Shown piece by piece: positions 18,445 to 28,553 of a stretch of 64,000 nucleotides of DNA; positions within the stretch are counted from its first letter, which is position 1; each line of letters opens with the position of its first letter. The notes under the pieces are model-generated. The model saw only the letters and a program-made list of their open reading frames with translations, was not told where the DNA came from and did no database searches. This stretch comes from an uncultured Gammaproteobacteria bacterium. Lineage in GTDB: Bacteria > Patescibacteriota > Microgenomatia > Levybacterales > UBA12049. The position numbers were made by a program, and so were the translations under genes. The stretch spans positions 169,297 to 233,296 of the forward strand of contig CAZCCG010000002.1 of the NCBI GenBank assembly GCA_964497535.1, in the 5' to 3' direction.

Positions 18445-19473
18445 TTATCGAATAAACGCCAGATACAGACCTACAACAGCGAAGACAAAGCCCAAAAGCC
18501 ATGCCCTCATGACGATTTTTGGCTCTTCCCACCCTTTCATCTGAAGAAATAAATGAAGAGGCGCAACCGGCATAACTTTTTTCTTGAGGAATTTTTTTCC
18601 CAGTAACTGAATCAATGAAGAACCTACTTCCAAAACAAAAACTCCTCCAATAACTCCCAGAGCCGGAATCTTACCAGTCAAAAGTCCAATAACTGCTAGG
18701 CAAGCCCCCAATGCCATTGAACCAGTATCTCCCAACCATAGCCTGGCCCGATAAATATTGAAATAAAGAAATGCACCAATAGATCCCATCAGAATTGCAA
18801 TAAATATACCCAATCCCTGATCAAGTTGTGTGGAAACCTGAGAGATTGCCAGAAATGCTACCAAACAAATAAGAAAAAGTCCTGATGCAAGTCCATCAAG
18901 TCCATCTGTAATATTAAATGCGTTAGTGAATGAAACAATAATAAAGGCGGCAAAAACTGCAAAAATAAGAGGAGGAATTGGTATTGTTCCGATTCCATGA
19001 ATATACAAGAAGTTAAATCCTAATTGGGTCGCCAAAACCATTCCAATAATGCCTGCCAATATCCATTGAATGAAAAATTTGTGGCGAAATCTGAGTCCGA
19101 AAAATGCTTTGGCATGAGCGGTACCGGGCTTCACCAATTTTTTCAAATCATCGTAGAACCCTAACAGTCCAAAACCAATAAAAGAAAAAATTAATACAAA
19201 TGTCTCCCACGGTTTTACTTCTATTCCAAACAATCCATATGCCCAAAAAGTCAATAAAGAAGTTACCAACACAACGAGAATTCCTCCGCCAAAGGGAGTA
19301 CCAACTTTCCAAGAGTTAAATTTATCAAATATAGGGGTACGTTTGTCAAATATGTCTTTGGTTACCTGTTTTTGACGCTTCAATTTCACCTTATACAGGA
19401 AATCTATAAAAGGAATGAGTAGGATAAAACTGATAAAAAATGATAAGATCGAAAGCCCCAAAAGCTGAGACAT
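18445..19473 (-). CDS. mraY: Phospho-N-acetylmuramoyl-pentapeptide transferase MraY
   Basis: Polytopic protein with DDLKKL and NAFNITDGLDGLA motifs. Confidence 0.92.
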   Translation of the reverse strand: MSQLLGLSILSFFISFILLIPFIDFLYKVKLKRQKQVTKDIFDKRTPIFDKFNSWKVGTPFGGGILVVLVTSLLTFWAYGLFGIEVKPWETFVLIFSFIGFGLLGFYDDLKKLVKPGTAHAKAFFGLRFRHKFFIQWILAGIIGMVLATQLGFNFLYIHGIGTIPIPPLIFAVFAAFIIVSFTNAFNITDGLDGLASGLFLICLVAFLAISQVSTQLDQGLGIFIAILMGSIGAFLYFNIYRARLWLGDTGSMALGACLAVIGLLTGKIPALGVIGGVFVLEVGSSLIQLLGKKFLKKKVMPVAPLHLFLQMKGWEEPKIVMRAWLLGFVFAVVGLYLAFIR

Positions 19474-19554
19474 AGACTGATATTATACCTCCAATCAGTT
19501 GTGATAGCAATTCTTTTTAGGCCTATATTAAATAGGATCCCTCTGGGGAAATCC

Positions 19555-20604
19555 TCAGTAGCCTCGTTTTATACGCCAAATGGTTTCAATGGTGTAATTC
19601 TTCCAATAGAGGGGAGATGTCGGTAAATCCTGAGCATGAATTAAATTTACTCGTCTTCCGCCAAATCCTGTTTTAAATAACGTTAAACCGTGCCATGGAT
19701 GCTTTGGTTTTTCAGGCGGAACTACCCCCCAAAAATTATAGATAGTTTTCCCCTGCCTTTTTGCTTCTTTGATTGCTTCCCATTGAATTAGGTATGCCCC
19801 GGGAATATCTTTATATTCATCGGCTGAAGCACCATGATGATAGACTGCCTGATTTCCATAGTAAATGACTAAAGCACCGGCAATAATGTTAGAATTATGC
19901 CGGGCTACAAATAACTTTGCCATTTTATTGTTGACGAAAATATCAAATTCTTCTCTCAAACCCCGATGAGGAATAAAATTATGACGCTTGGAAGTCCGCT
20001 CATACAGATCCATAAACTCTTCAAAATCTTTGGCTGTCCCGGCACTGCTTATCTCAACACCCAGGTTTTGTGCACGTCTTACCAGATACCTCGTTGTTTT
20101 TCGCATTCCTGCCATAATTTCTTGCTCATCCTGACTCAGATCCAATACCCAGGCATTTTCAGCATCCATATTGTGAACTGGTGCATTTCTAAATCCTCGT
20201 TTTACAAAAAAGGGCATATCTGCATGTTCTTCTTCAATAACAGGAGATATACGAATGAATTCAATCTTTTTATGCCGACATCGATTTTTAAGGTCTTCCA
20301 AAAGTACATCAAAACTGTTTTCAAAATGGGTTAACACTGGTCCGTGACGAAGATGGAAATAATGAGCACGTTTTGCTTTTATCTCAACGAGTTGGGCAAT
20401 ACCTACCAGTGTATTTTCATTAAAGATTCCAATACGATTAACCTCATGACCTACTCTTTTTTGAACCTCTCCCCATTTCCACGACTGAAAAAAAGGAGTA
20501 TAAGCGATGTTACTCCTCAACAAAAATTGTTCCCAAATGGTTTCATTTGATATATCGCGAACTTTTAGCATATGACTGTAATAATGATACAATTTTTTTG
20601 ACAT
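19555..20604 (-). CDS. FemAB-family peptidoglycan interpeptide-bridge aminoacyltransferase (FemX-like)
   Basis: FemAB-type N-terminus (FFQSWKWGEVQK), ~350 aa, acyltransferase fold pattern. Confidence 0.7.
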   Translation of the reverse strand: MSKKLYHYYSHMLKVRDISNETIWEQFLLRSNIAYTPFFQSWKWGEVQKRVGHEVNRIGIFNENTLVGIAQLVEIKAKRAHYFHLRHGPVLTHFENSFDVLLEDLKNRCRHKKIEFIRISPVIEEEHADMPFFVKRGFRNAPVHNMDAENAWVLDLSQDEQEIMAGMRKTTRYLVRRAQNLGVEISSAGTAKDFEEFMDLYERTSKRHNFIPHRGLREEFDIFVNNKMAKLFVARHNSNIIAGALVIYYGNQAVYHHGASADEYKDIPGAYLIQWEAIKEAKRQGKTIYNFWGVVPPEKPKHPWHGLTLFKTGFGGRRVNLIHAQDLPTSPLYWKNYTIETIWRIKRGY

Positions 20605-21793
20605 CCTGTGTGGACATTCGGGGATAAGTAGGAAGATTAACGATAGTTACAGCAAGATGCCTTGCTTGAGGTGTCAAAGCCGGATAAAAATGAATTTTTT
20701 CAAATTGTACCCCTTTGGGATCAATAATATTGGCATACCACGTACCCAAATATATATTATTTTTTTTGAAAAGCTCCAATAGATCCTCCCGATGATGACA
20801 CAGGATAGGAAATCTCAAGTAAGGTATCTCTTGAGTAGATGGTAATTCAAATGAAGAACCGGCAAGTTCCTTTTGGTATTGAGTGGAGATTTGAATTCTT
20901 TTTTTATTATATTCAGCAATTTTGCGTAATTGAGACAGAGCAAGGATACACAAAGCATTCGGCATTTTTCTCACAAATAGCTCACTTCGATTTGAGCGTT
21001 TTTCACCTATAGTTACCGGCATCGAGAGCAAATGCAGACGTTGTAATACTACCAGTATTACTTTGCCCAACGATAAAACCGTATAGAAGGGTAAAATAAT
21101 GCCAAAAGCAAGTGGATGCAGAAGCTGTTGAAAAATCCAAAAAAATCCCGGGTATTCTTGTTTTTTCTGAAATTGTCGAAGCGTATTCCCCAATGTTTTA
21201 TCATTTGTAATTGCCATTCCTCCAAATACACTGGAAAAAGCCTTATCTCTCCCAAAACTAAAAAAAGCTGCATCTCCAAACGTTCCTAATTTTTTACCAT
21301 CATATGTTCCCCCTACAGTATGCGCACAATCTTCAATAATAAGCAGGTTATGTTTCTTGGCAATTTTTTTGATCTGATCCATTTGGGAGGGAATTCCAAA
21401 GGTATGCTGTACCAAAATTGCTTTTGTCTTTGATGTAATGTTTTTTTCAATAGTATCGGGATTGATTGTCCCATCAAAAAGGACATCTACATATACCGGC
21501 TTTGCGCCTGCCCAAATGATCGCATTTGGCACGGCAACACAAGTAAATGCTTGCAACAACACTTCGTCTTTCTCTCCAATTTCCATTGCTTTTAATAAAC
21601 TATAAAAAGCAGACCGACCGCTATTAAATGATATTGCATATGACATGGAGAAATAGTTACGAAACCACTGTTCAAGTTTGCCTATAGAATCACCTGAAAA
21701 ATAATTCCAGGGACGGAGAATAGCTCCGAATGTTACTGCTATATCATCAGGTTGTGTGTTGGGGGATAAACCAGGAGCTATAGGAAATGCCAT
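20543..21793 (-). CDS. DegT/DnrJ/EryC1/StrS-family PLP-dependent sugar aminotransferase
   Basis: AFTCVAVPNAIIWAGAKPVYVDV and SFGRDKAFSS (PLP-lysine region) typical of the DegT family. Confidence 0.7.
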   Translation of the reverse strand: MAFPIAPGLSPNTQPDDIAVTFGAILRPWNYFSGDSIGKLEQWFRNYFSMSYAISFNSGRSAFYSLLKAMEIGEKDEVLLQAFTCVAVPNAIIWAGAKPVYVDVLFDGTINPDTIEKNITSKTKAILVQHTFGIPSQMDQIKKIAKKHNLLIIEDCAHTVGGTYDGKKLGTFGDAAFFSFGRDKAFSSVFGGMAITNDKTLGNTLRQFQKKQEYPGFFWIFQQLLHPLAFGIILPFYTVLSLGKVILVVLQRLHLLSMPVTIGEKRSNRSELFVRKMPNALCILALSQLRKIAEYNKKRIQISTQYQKELAGSSFELPSTQEIPYLRFPILCHHREDLLELFKKNNIYLGTWYANIIDPKGVQFEKIHFYPALTPQARHLAVTIVNLPTYPRMSTQDVKKIVSLLQSYAKSSRYIK

Positions 21794-21795
21794 AG

Positions 21796-23433
21796 TTATG
21801 CTTTCCTCACTTTCGTCACAATAACGCGGGGAATACCTTTTCCCATCATCACACTAATATCACCTTTTTTTGTATTGTTTACAACAAAATCAGTAATCTC
21901 CTCTATTGTTCCCGTTTTCACTTTACATTCCCCTTTTCCATCAGTAATTCCCTGAGTAATTTCTTTGTAAAAGTTTTTATTGACGAGAAAGAGATAATCG
22001 CATATAACAGAGATTGCTTTTGCAACTCTATAGTGTTCTTCTTTTCCTTTTTTCCCAAGTTCAATCATTGGTTCCAATATGAAAATTCTCTTGCCTTTAT
22101 ATTGCTTTATATACTCAAGCGTTGCAATCACACTATCAGGATTTGCATTAAATGTATTATCTAAAATATGGGATCCGTTTGAAAGTTCACTTCGAACCAT
22201 CGTATGAGGCAGCGGCGTTAGCTTGGATACGGCTGTTTTTATTTCCATATCGGACATTCCCAAATAGTCAGCTAGATAAATAGCGGGAAGAATATTTTCA
22301 ACCATATGGAGCCCAATCAATGATGTTTTTAAATGCAGTATTTTTTTTCTCAACTGCACATCAAAGTGAGTTCCATCCTCCTGGCCAGAGATATTATAGG
22401 CAACAATGTCCCCCAATTTCCCTACATTTGTTAATACTGTCTTTTTTGCCGATGATATAACTCTCCGATAGAGGACTTTTTTCTTTGTTGTATTTTTGTA
22501 TAGTTGAAAAACACGTTCGTTATTTCCGTTAAAAAGTGCCAAACCGTTTCTAGGAAGCGATTCAATTAATTCATATTTGGTTTTTTCTATATTTTCAATA
22601 CTTCCAAACAATGATAAATGTTGGCCTGCTATTGCTGTAAGTACACCGATTTTAGGACGGGCAATTGCACACAGCTCCGCGATTTCTCCTTTTTTATACG
22701 CTCCCATTTCTGCCACAAATATCTGAGTATTATTTTTTAATCCTTTCAAAATAGTATATGCTACCCCGATTGGAGTATTATCGGAATACTTTGTTTTTAA
22801 TACCTCGAATTTATGGGAGAGAACCTGGGCAATAAATTCCTTGGTAGAACTTTTTCCATAGCTGCCGGTAACTCCAATTACTAACAACTTTTCACTTTTT
22901 AAAATTTTTTTGGTTGCCCGCTCAATCTGGTAATCCTTGTAAAGCACCGTCGGCAAGGATACCGCAAAAACAACACATCCAACAACAAAAGGCAAAAGAA
23001 TATCCAAAATCATTAACCATACAAATGGATCTGTAGTAAGAGGAATGAGAAACAATGTAGTATAAATGTAAATTACTATCCCAATTAAAAGAAGCGCTTT
23101 TGTAGTAAATTTCGGACGCCGGAATGTATGAGTTAACAGTTCGTGGATAACCGCAACTCCTTCAATGAGTAATACAAGAGTAACAACTATTTGATAGAGT
23201 ACGAGAAAAAGTGGGTTATATACTGCAAATGCAAATCCTAATATCAGAATCCATTTGAAAATCGCATAAAATGAAAAAAGAATACTCTTACCACTGTGCG
23301 TTTCTGAAAGCTCTGCAAATAGCCGATCATACCGGTATTCCCGCCGTTGCCATAAAGACACCCAAAAAAAGGTGTTGCGTACTACCCATAAGAGAAAACT
23401 GACTGCGGCAATATAATATAAAACAGTAATCAT
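21796..23433 (-). CDS. murF: Mur ligase family protein (MurF-like D-Ala-D-Ala adding enzyme) with ~170-aa N-terminal polytopic membrane domain
   Basis: C-terminal two-thirds has the Mur ligase P-loop VIGVTGSYGKSSTKEF; the N-terminal ~170 aa contain 4–5 hydrophobic helices. Confidence 0.7.
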   Translation of the reverse strand: MITVLYYIAAVSFLLWVVRNTFFWVSLWQRREYRYDRLFAELSETHSGKSILFSFYAIFKWILILGFAFAVYNPLFLVLYQIVVTLVLLIEGVAVIHELLTHTFRRPKFTTKALLLIGIVIYIYTTLFLIPLTTDPFVWLMILDILLPFVVGCVVFAVSLPTVLYKDYQIERATKKILKSEKLLVIGVTGSYGKSSTKEFIAQVLSHKFEVLKTKYSDNTPIGVAYTILKGLKNNTQIFVAEMGAYKKGEIAELCAIARPKIGVLTAIAGQHLSLFGSIENIEKTKYELIESLPRNGLALFNGNNERVFQLYKNTTKKKVLYRRVISSAKKTVLTNVGKLGDIVAYNISGQEDGTHFDVQLRKKILHLKTSLIGLHMVENILPAIYLADYLGMSDMEIKTAVSKLTPLPHTMVRSELSNGSHILDNTFNANPDSVIATLEYIKQYKGKRIFILEPMIELGKKGKEEHYRVAKAISVICDYLFLVNKNFYKEITQGITDGKGECKVKTGTIEEITDFVVNNTKKGDISVMMGKGIPRVIVTKVRKA

Positions 23434-24149
23434 TGGATAAACTTTAAAACCTCCTCGGCAAATTTTTGAGGATACTCATATGGCAACTTATGTGTCGCCT
23501 CAGGTACCACTACATAAGTCGCACCCGGAATATACTCTGCAATCTCTTTTCCTATTATCAATGGTACAAATGTATCCTGTCCTCCCCATACTACCAATGT
23601 TTTTGTATGGATAGTTGGCAAAAGTGAAAGCAAGTCCTCATGAATGACTTTTTTGAATGTTTCTTTCAGACCTCCTGCTTTATAATAATCCCACTCTCCC
23701 AACAACTGATATGTCCCTTTTTTAAAGAGATCTGAAACTTCTTTTGGAAGGATATCCACAACTTGTTTGCCTGATTTTGCAATAGAGGAGATAACTTGTT
23801 TTTTCAATGATAATTTTTTTCTGATAAGCGGTGAACCGGTCAAAATCAGAGCTTGAACCAGCTGCGGATTTTGAGCGGACAATTTAGCAGCAATCCTTCC
23901 TCCAAATGAATGACCAATTAAAATTACTTTTTTCAACTGTTTCTTTATCATAAATTCTTTGACAAAATCAACATAGTCATCTAAATCCATACCTGGTTTG
24001 GTCAAAGGTTGCTTACCAAACCCGGGCAAATCTGGAGTAAAAACCGCAAACCCTTTTTTTTCAAGAATAGATTTGAGCTCGGAATAGCGATCCCCAGTCA
24101 TTGTTGTTGCCCATCCATGCAGGATGATAATTGGATATTTTTGTTTCAT
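23430..24149 (-). CDS. Alpha/beta-hydrolase fold protein
   Basis: Nucleophile elbow GHSFGG; ~240 aa. Confidence 0.75.
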   Translation of the reverse strand: MKQKYPIIILHGWATTMTGDRYSELKSILEKKGFAVFTPDLPGFGKQPLTKPGMDLDDYVDFVKEFMIKKQLKKVILIGHSFGGRIAAKLSAQNPQLVQALILTGSPLIRKKLSLKKQVISSIAKSGKQVVDILPKEVSDLFKKGTYQLLGEWDYYKAGGLKETFKKVIHEDLLSLLPTIHTKTLVVWGGQDTFVPLIIGKEIAEYIPGATYVVVPEATHKLPYEYPQKFAEEVLKFIQ

Positions 24150-24150
24150 A

Positions 24151-25911
24151 CTATTTAACTGTTACGCTTTTTGCAAGATTACGAGGTTTATCAGGATCAA
24201 ACCCTTTCTTCAATGCAAGATAATAACCCAAAAGTTGTGCAGGAATGATTTGAGGAATGATAGTTGCCTGTCCAACATCGTGTACTTCAATCCAATAATC
24301 AAAAATAGGAGAATTTTTTGAAGAAACTCCAATAATAATACCTCCCCGTGATTTAATTTCCATTGCATTTGATAACATTGCTTCATATGTTTGATCCTGT
24401 GGCGCAAAGACAATACAAGGAGTTCCCTCGGAGATCAAAGCGAGTGTCCCATGTTTGAGTTCTCCTCCTGCCAATCCTTCCGTATGAATATAGCTCACTT
24501 CTTTTATTTTAAGTGCCGCCTCCAAAGCGGTAGGAAGTGAAATTCCTCTCCCAATGGTATATAAATGTTCTTTTTTTGAAAGTAATTCAATAATGGGTTC
24601 AAGCTTTTCAATATTTTTTTTCTCCAAAAGCCGTTCTATCTCCTCAGCAGCTTTATCCAGAAGCGTTATAGATTCATTTACTTCTCCTTTTACCGCATAG
24701 GCAAGCATAAGAAGGATAGAAAGTTTGGCAATATATGCTTTTGTTGAAGCCACTGCTTTCTCAGGTCCTGCTCCAAGAAGCAATTTATAGTCTGCAAGTC
24801 TATATATTGTTGATCCTAAAACATTGGTGATAGCCACAATTTTACTTCCCTTTACTTTTGCGTGATTAAGTGGCTCTACAACATCGATTGTTTCACCGGA
24901 TTGAGATAAAGCAATTACCAAACTTTTTTTGTTGAGAAAATCTTCTAAATAATTAAATTCGGATGCGAAAGATGTATTTACATGCTTATGAGCTAATGTA
25001 GAAAACCAATACACCCCTGCCAAACAAGCATGGTATGCAGTTCCTGCAGCAATAAAAAATGTCCCTTTTGCCTCTGTTACAATTTTCCCCAAACTCTGGA
25101 CTTGTTGTCCATACTCATGCGCTATATTACGAATTACTTTTGGTTGTTCGTAAATTTCTTTTAGCATGAAATAATCATAAGTACCTTTATCTGCATCTTC
25201 TACTTTCCACGTAATTGTTTCAAAAGTTGGTTTAATTTTTGTGCCTTGAGGCATTTGCAGCAATTGTAAATCTTTACCGAGCACTACCATTTCATTATCT
25301 TTTAAAAATAACAGTTCTCTTGTATATTTAATAATTCCTGCTGCGTCTGATGCGATAAAATATTCATCATTTGTTTTTCCAACAATCAGCGGAGAGCCAT
25401 TTTTGACTGCAACAATTTCTTTCGAGGGGGCATATGCAACAACGATCGCATTCAATCCTTTTAGTTGGTTAAATGCATCACGAACAGATGAAGTAAATCC
25501 TTCTTTTTTTAGATTTTCTTCAATGAGATGACATACTATTTCAGTATCTGTTTCTGAAATAAATGTGTGACCTTTTTTTTGAAGTTGGGTTCTGAGTTCT
25601 GCGAAATTTTCAATAATTCCGTTGTGAACTACAGCTAAATCTTTGTTACAATCTAAGTGTGGATGTGCATTCTCTGTCGTAACCCCACCATGAGTTGCCC
25701 ATCGCGTATGACCAATACCAATTTCACTGTCTGCTAAGTTAACAGTAGCATTTCCAATTTTCCCGGTATGTTTATCAACAACAAGTTTTCCGCCATCCTT
25801 AACAGTTATTCCCCAAGAATCATATCCTCTGTATTCCAGAAGTTTTAATCCCTCAAGTACAATGGCTGCCGCATTTTTTCTCGTACCGATGTATCCAAAT
25901 ATTCCACACAT
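24151..25911 (-). CDS. glmS: Glutamine--fructose-6-phosphate aminotransferase (GlcN-6-P synthase)
   Basis: MCGIFGYIG Ntn-amidotransferase start, two SIS domains, 586 aa. Confidence 0.95.
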   Translation of the reverse strand: MCGIFGYIGTRKNAAAIVLEGLKLLEYRGYDSWGITVKDGGKLVVDKHTGKIGNATVNLADSEIGIGHTRWATHGGVTTENAHPHLDCNKDLAVVHNGIIENFAELRTQLQKKGHTFISETDTEIVCHLIEENLKKEGFTSSVRDAFNQLKGLNAIVVAYAPSKEIVAVKNGSPLIVGKTNDEYFIASDAAGIIKYTRELLFLKDNEMVVLGKDLQLLQMPQGTKIKPTFETITWKVEDADKGTYDYFMLKEIYEQPKVIRNIAHEYGQQVQSLGKIVTEAKGTFFIAAGTAYHACLAGVYWFSTLAHKHVNTSFASEFNYLEDFLNKKSLVIALSQSGETIDVVEPLNHAKVKGSKIVAITNVLGSTIYRLADYKLLLGAGPEKAVASTKAYIAKLSILLMLAYAVKGEVNESITLLDKAAEEIERLLEKKNIEKLEPIIELLSKKEHLYTIGRGISLPTALEAALKIKEVSYIHTEGLAGGELKHGTLALISEGTPCIVFAPQDQTYEAMLSNAMEIKSRGGIIIGVSSKNSPIFDYWIEVHDVGQATIIPQIIPAQLLGYYLALKKGFDPDKPRNLAKSVTVK

Positions 25912-25913
25912 AG

Positions 25914-26363
25914 TTAGGTATTTCCTCCTAAATAGATACGATAATCATTTGTATCTCTTTTTTCAAAACCAAGTGATTCATATAATCTATTTGCGGCAAC
26001 TCGAGTAGGATTAGACGTGAGATCAATATGATGTATTCCCTCTTTTTTTGCCATCTCAAGAAGTTTTTTGACCAAAAGAGTCCCTACTCCTTTTGATCTG
26101 TGGTTATCATCAACAAAAACATCCTGAATCCATCCTCTTTTGCCACTTAAAGCAGGTGACATAATAAGCGTTATGGTACCTATTATCTCCTCCCCCTCCA
26201 GAGCTACAAAAAGTTTTACCGAAGGGGCTACCAACAAACCTTTGAGATAATTTTCTGTCAATTGAAGCAACTGCGGATTTAACTCTTTTATAAATCTGTT
26301 GAGAGTTTCTAAAAGATATGGTGAATAGGTATCTATTTGTTGAACATTGATATTTTTTTCCAT
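25914..26363 (-). CDS. GNAT-family N-acetyltransferase (possible GNA1-like glucosamine-phosphate N-acetyltransferase)
   Basis: GNAT motif A region RSKGVGTLLVKKLLEMAKKEG; function inferred from genomic context. Confidence 0.7.
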   Translation of the reverse strand: MEKNINVQQIDTYSPYLLETLNRFIKELNPQLLQLTENYLKGLLVAPSVKLFVALEGEEIIGTITLIMSPALSGKRGWIQDVFVDDNHRSKGVGTLLVKKLLEMAKKEGIHHIDLTSNPTRVAANRLYESLGFEKRDTNDYRIYLGGNT

Positions 26364-26364
26364 A

Positions 26365-27138
26365 TTATGCTGTCTCTGAAGAAGCAGTTGAGATATGATT
26401 TAGGCTGGTAAATAATTTCTCAGCTTCTTCCAGTTCTTCTTTTGTATTTACACCCTGCCATGAAAGCTTTCCACCCTGTACTGTTGCAATTTTTTGATTA
26501 TGTTTCATTGCCGTATCAATCAAACTGGTAAGATAATATTCTCCGGTAACGGGACTTTTTTCAACTTTCGCAAGATATTTACTGAGAAAAGTTCTACTAA
26601 ACACATAGCAAGCCGGATTAATTTCATGGATTTGTCTTTGTTCCAATGTGGCATCTTTTTCTTCAACAATTGCTGTTACTTTTCCACCAAGATCGCGTAC
26701 TACCCGTCCCAGACCTGTTGGGTCATCTTTTTCAATCGTTAGAAATGTAACCGCAGCAGATGAATTAAAATGAGTATCTATTAATTTATTTAAAATTTCT
26801 TTGCTATAAAAAGCAGAGTCATCTCCTCCTAAAACAAGTACATCTGTAATTGATGGCGGTAATTTCTTCAATCCGCAAAATACAGCATGAGCTGTTCCCA
26901 ACCGTTTTCTCTGTTCTGCAAAAAGCACCGATGTCCCTGATAATGCTTTCATTACTGATTCTTTTGCAAACCCGACAACAACAACAATGTTTTGCAGCTG
27001 TAAACTTTCCAGAAGCAAAATCGAGTGCAGGATCATCGGTTTGTCCGCAAGGGAAACGGCAACTTTATTGATATCCTTGGCTTTCATACGTTTTCCTTTA
27101 CCTGCAGCCATAATAATAGCTCCAATATGTTCTCTCAT
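26365..27138 (-). CDS. Sugar-1-phosphate nucleotidyltransferase (GlmU N-terminal uridyltransferase-like; no LbH acetyltransferase domain)
   Basis: GAIIMAAGKGKRMK signature of GlmU/RmlA-type nucleotidyltransferases; only 257 aa. Confidence 0.75.
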   Translation of the reverse strand: MREHIGAIIMAAGKGKRMKAKDINKVAVSLADKPMILHSILLLESLQLQNIVVVVGFAKESVMKALSGTSVLFAEQRKRLGTAHAVFCGLKKLPPSITDVLVLGGDDSAFYSKEILNKLIDTHFNSSAAVTFLTIEKDDPTGLGRVVRDLGGKVTAIVEEKDATLEQRQIHEINPACYVFSRTFLSKYLAKVEKSPVTGEYYLTSLIDTAMKHNQKIATVQGGKLSWQGVNTKEELEEAEKLFTSLNHISTASSETA

Positions 27139-28469
27139 AATTCATCCTCTTTCTCACGAACAATGTCAGCCCCAAGATTAGTCAGACGCTGCTCAAATCG
27201 TTCATATCCTCGGTCGAGCTTTTCAACTCCAAAAATAGTACTTGTTCCACGAGCGGCCAATGCAGCCAATACCACTGCTGCACCTGCACGAATATCAAGC
27301 GTTGTAAGAATTGCATTGTGTAGTTGAGTAGGACCGGTTATACGAACCGCGTGGAAATACTCCGGACTGTCATCTTCCAGATTGAAATTGTATAGGTGCT
27401 CCCGGTTACCAACCTCAGGGTTATATAACTCCATCTGTGCACCCATTTTTTTCAAATCTTTTACATATCCCATTTTATTCTCAAATACTGTTTCATGTAC
27501 TGTTGAAACTCCATCAGCTTGAGTCATAAGTACTGCCCATGGAGCTTGCCAATCCGTCATAAATCCCGGATAAATAGCAGTAGCTACATCAGTCGCCTTC
27601 AAGGTATTTCTAAAGAAAAATCGTATTCCTTCTCCTTTGGACTCATATTCTCCTCCCACACTTTGAAGTTTTTGTAAAAAGGCTTCCAGGTTGACATTTT
27701 TTACATTCTCAACAAAAATATCTCCTTTGGTAACCAGCGCCGCAATTGCAAATGTCACAATTTCGTTTCTATCCGGACTAATGGTAAATTCTGCACCATG
27801 AAGTTTTTGTACCCCTTTGACTGTTATTTGTCGTTTTGCAGTACGTTTTATATCTGCTCCCATCAAATTAAGCAGGGTCATTAAATCATCAATTTCCGGC
27901 TCTTGGGCTGCATTCTCAAGCACTGTAGTACCTTCTGCGCAAACGGAAGCCAGAATCAAAGTCTCGGTACCGGTATGAGTATTTTTTTCAAATGTATAGT
28001 CAATCCCCTTGAGTCCCGTGGTTTTAGCATGAAAATAACCATCATCACTCATATAGGTTATATCGGTATTCATTTTGGCTATGCCTTCTATAGTCCGATC
28101 AATTGGACGAGCACCTAACCGGCATCCACCTGGATTTGGAATAATTGCCTCATGGGTACGAACCAACAGCGGAGCAATAAACATGGCAGAAGTTCTGGCA
28201 AGTGCTGCTTTTTCCAGAGAAATCGAGGAGGTTTTGAATTGTTGCATTCTAATTTTAGCTGTATGTCCCGTCACGACAACCTGAGCTCCTAACTCTTTCA
28301 TGATATCTACCATCACAAAAAAATCAGAGATATGAGGAACATTATGGATAATAACTTCTTCATCAGTAAGGCATGCGGCAACAAGCACCTTCAAGGCTAC
28401 ATTTTTTGCTCCTGATACAGCAACTGTACCACTGAGTCTTTTACCACCTGTTACGACAAACTTTTCCAT
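27135..28469 (-). CDS. murA: UDP-N-acetylglucosamine 1-carboxyvinyltransferase
   Basis: MEKFVVTGGKRLSGTVAVSGAKNVALKVLVAACL is the canonical MurA N-terminus; 444 aa. Confidence 0.95.
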   Translation of the reverse strand: MEKFVVTGGKRLSGTVAVSGAKNVALKVLVAACLTDEEVIIHNVPHISDFFVMVDIMKELGAQVVVTGHTAKIRMQQFKTSSISLEKAALARTSAMFIAPLLVRTHEAIIPNPGGCRLGARPIDRTIEGIAKMNTDITYMSDDGYFHAKTTGLKGIDYTFEKNTHTGTETLILASVCAEGTTVLENAAQEPEIDDLMTLLNLMGADIKRTAKRQITVKGVQKLHGAEFTISPDRNEIVTFAIAALVTKGDIFVENVKNVNLEAFLQKLQSVGGEYESKGEGIRFFFRNTLKATDVATAIYPGFMTDWQAPWAVLMTQADGVSTVHETVFENKMGYVKDLKKMGAQMELYNPEVGNREHLYNFNLEDDSPEYFHAVRITGPTQLHNAILTTLDIRAGAAVVLAALAARGTSTIFGVEKLDRGYERFEQRLTNLGADIVREKEDEL

Positions 28470-28553
28470 AGCATTTCTTAATTATAGTATTGGGGCAGTC
28501 TTATTGTAATAATTTCAGGCAGGTGAAACAAGAGGAAGAAACCACAACTGTAG

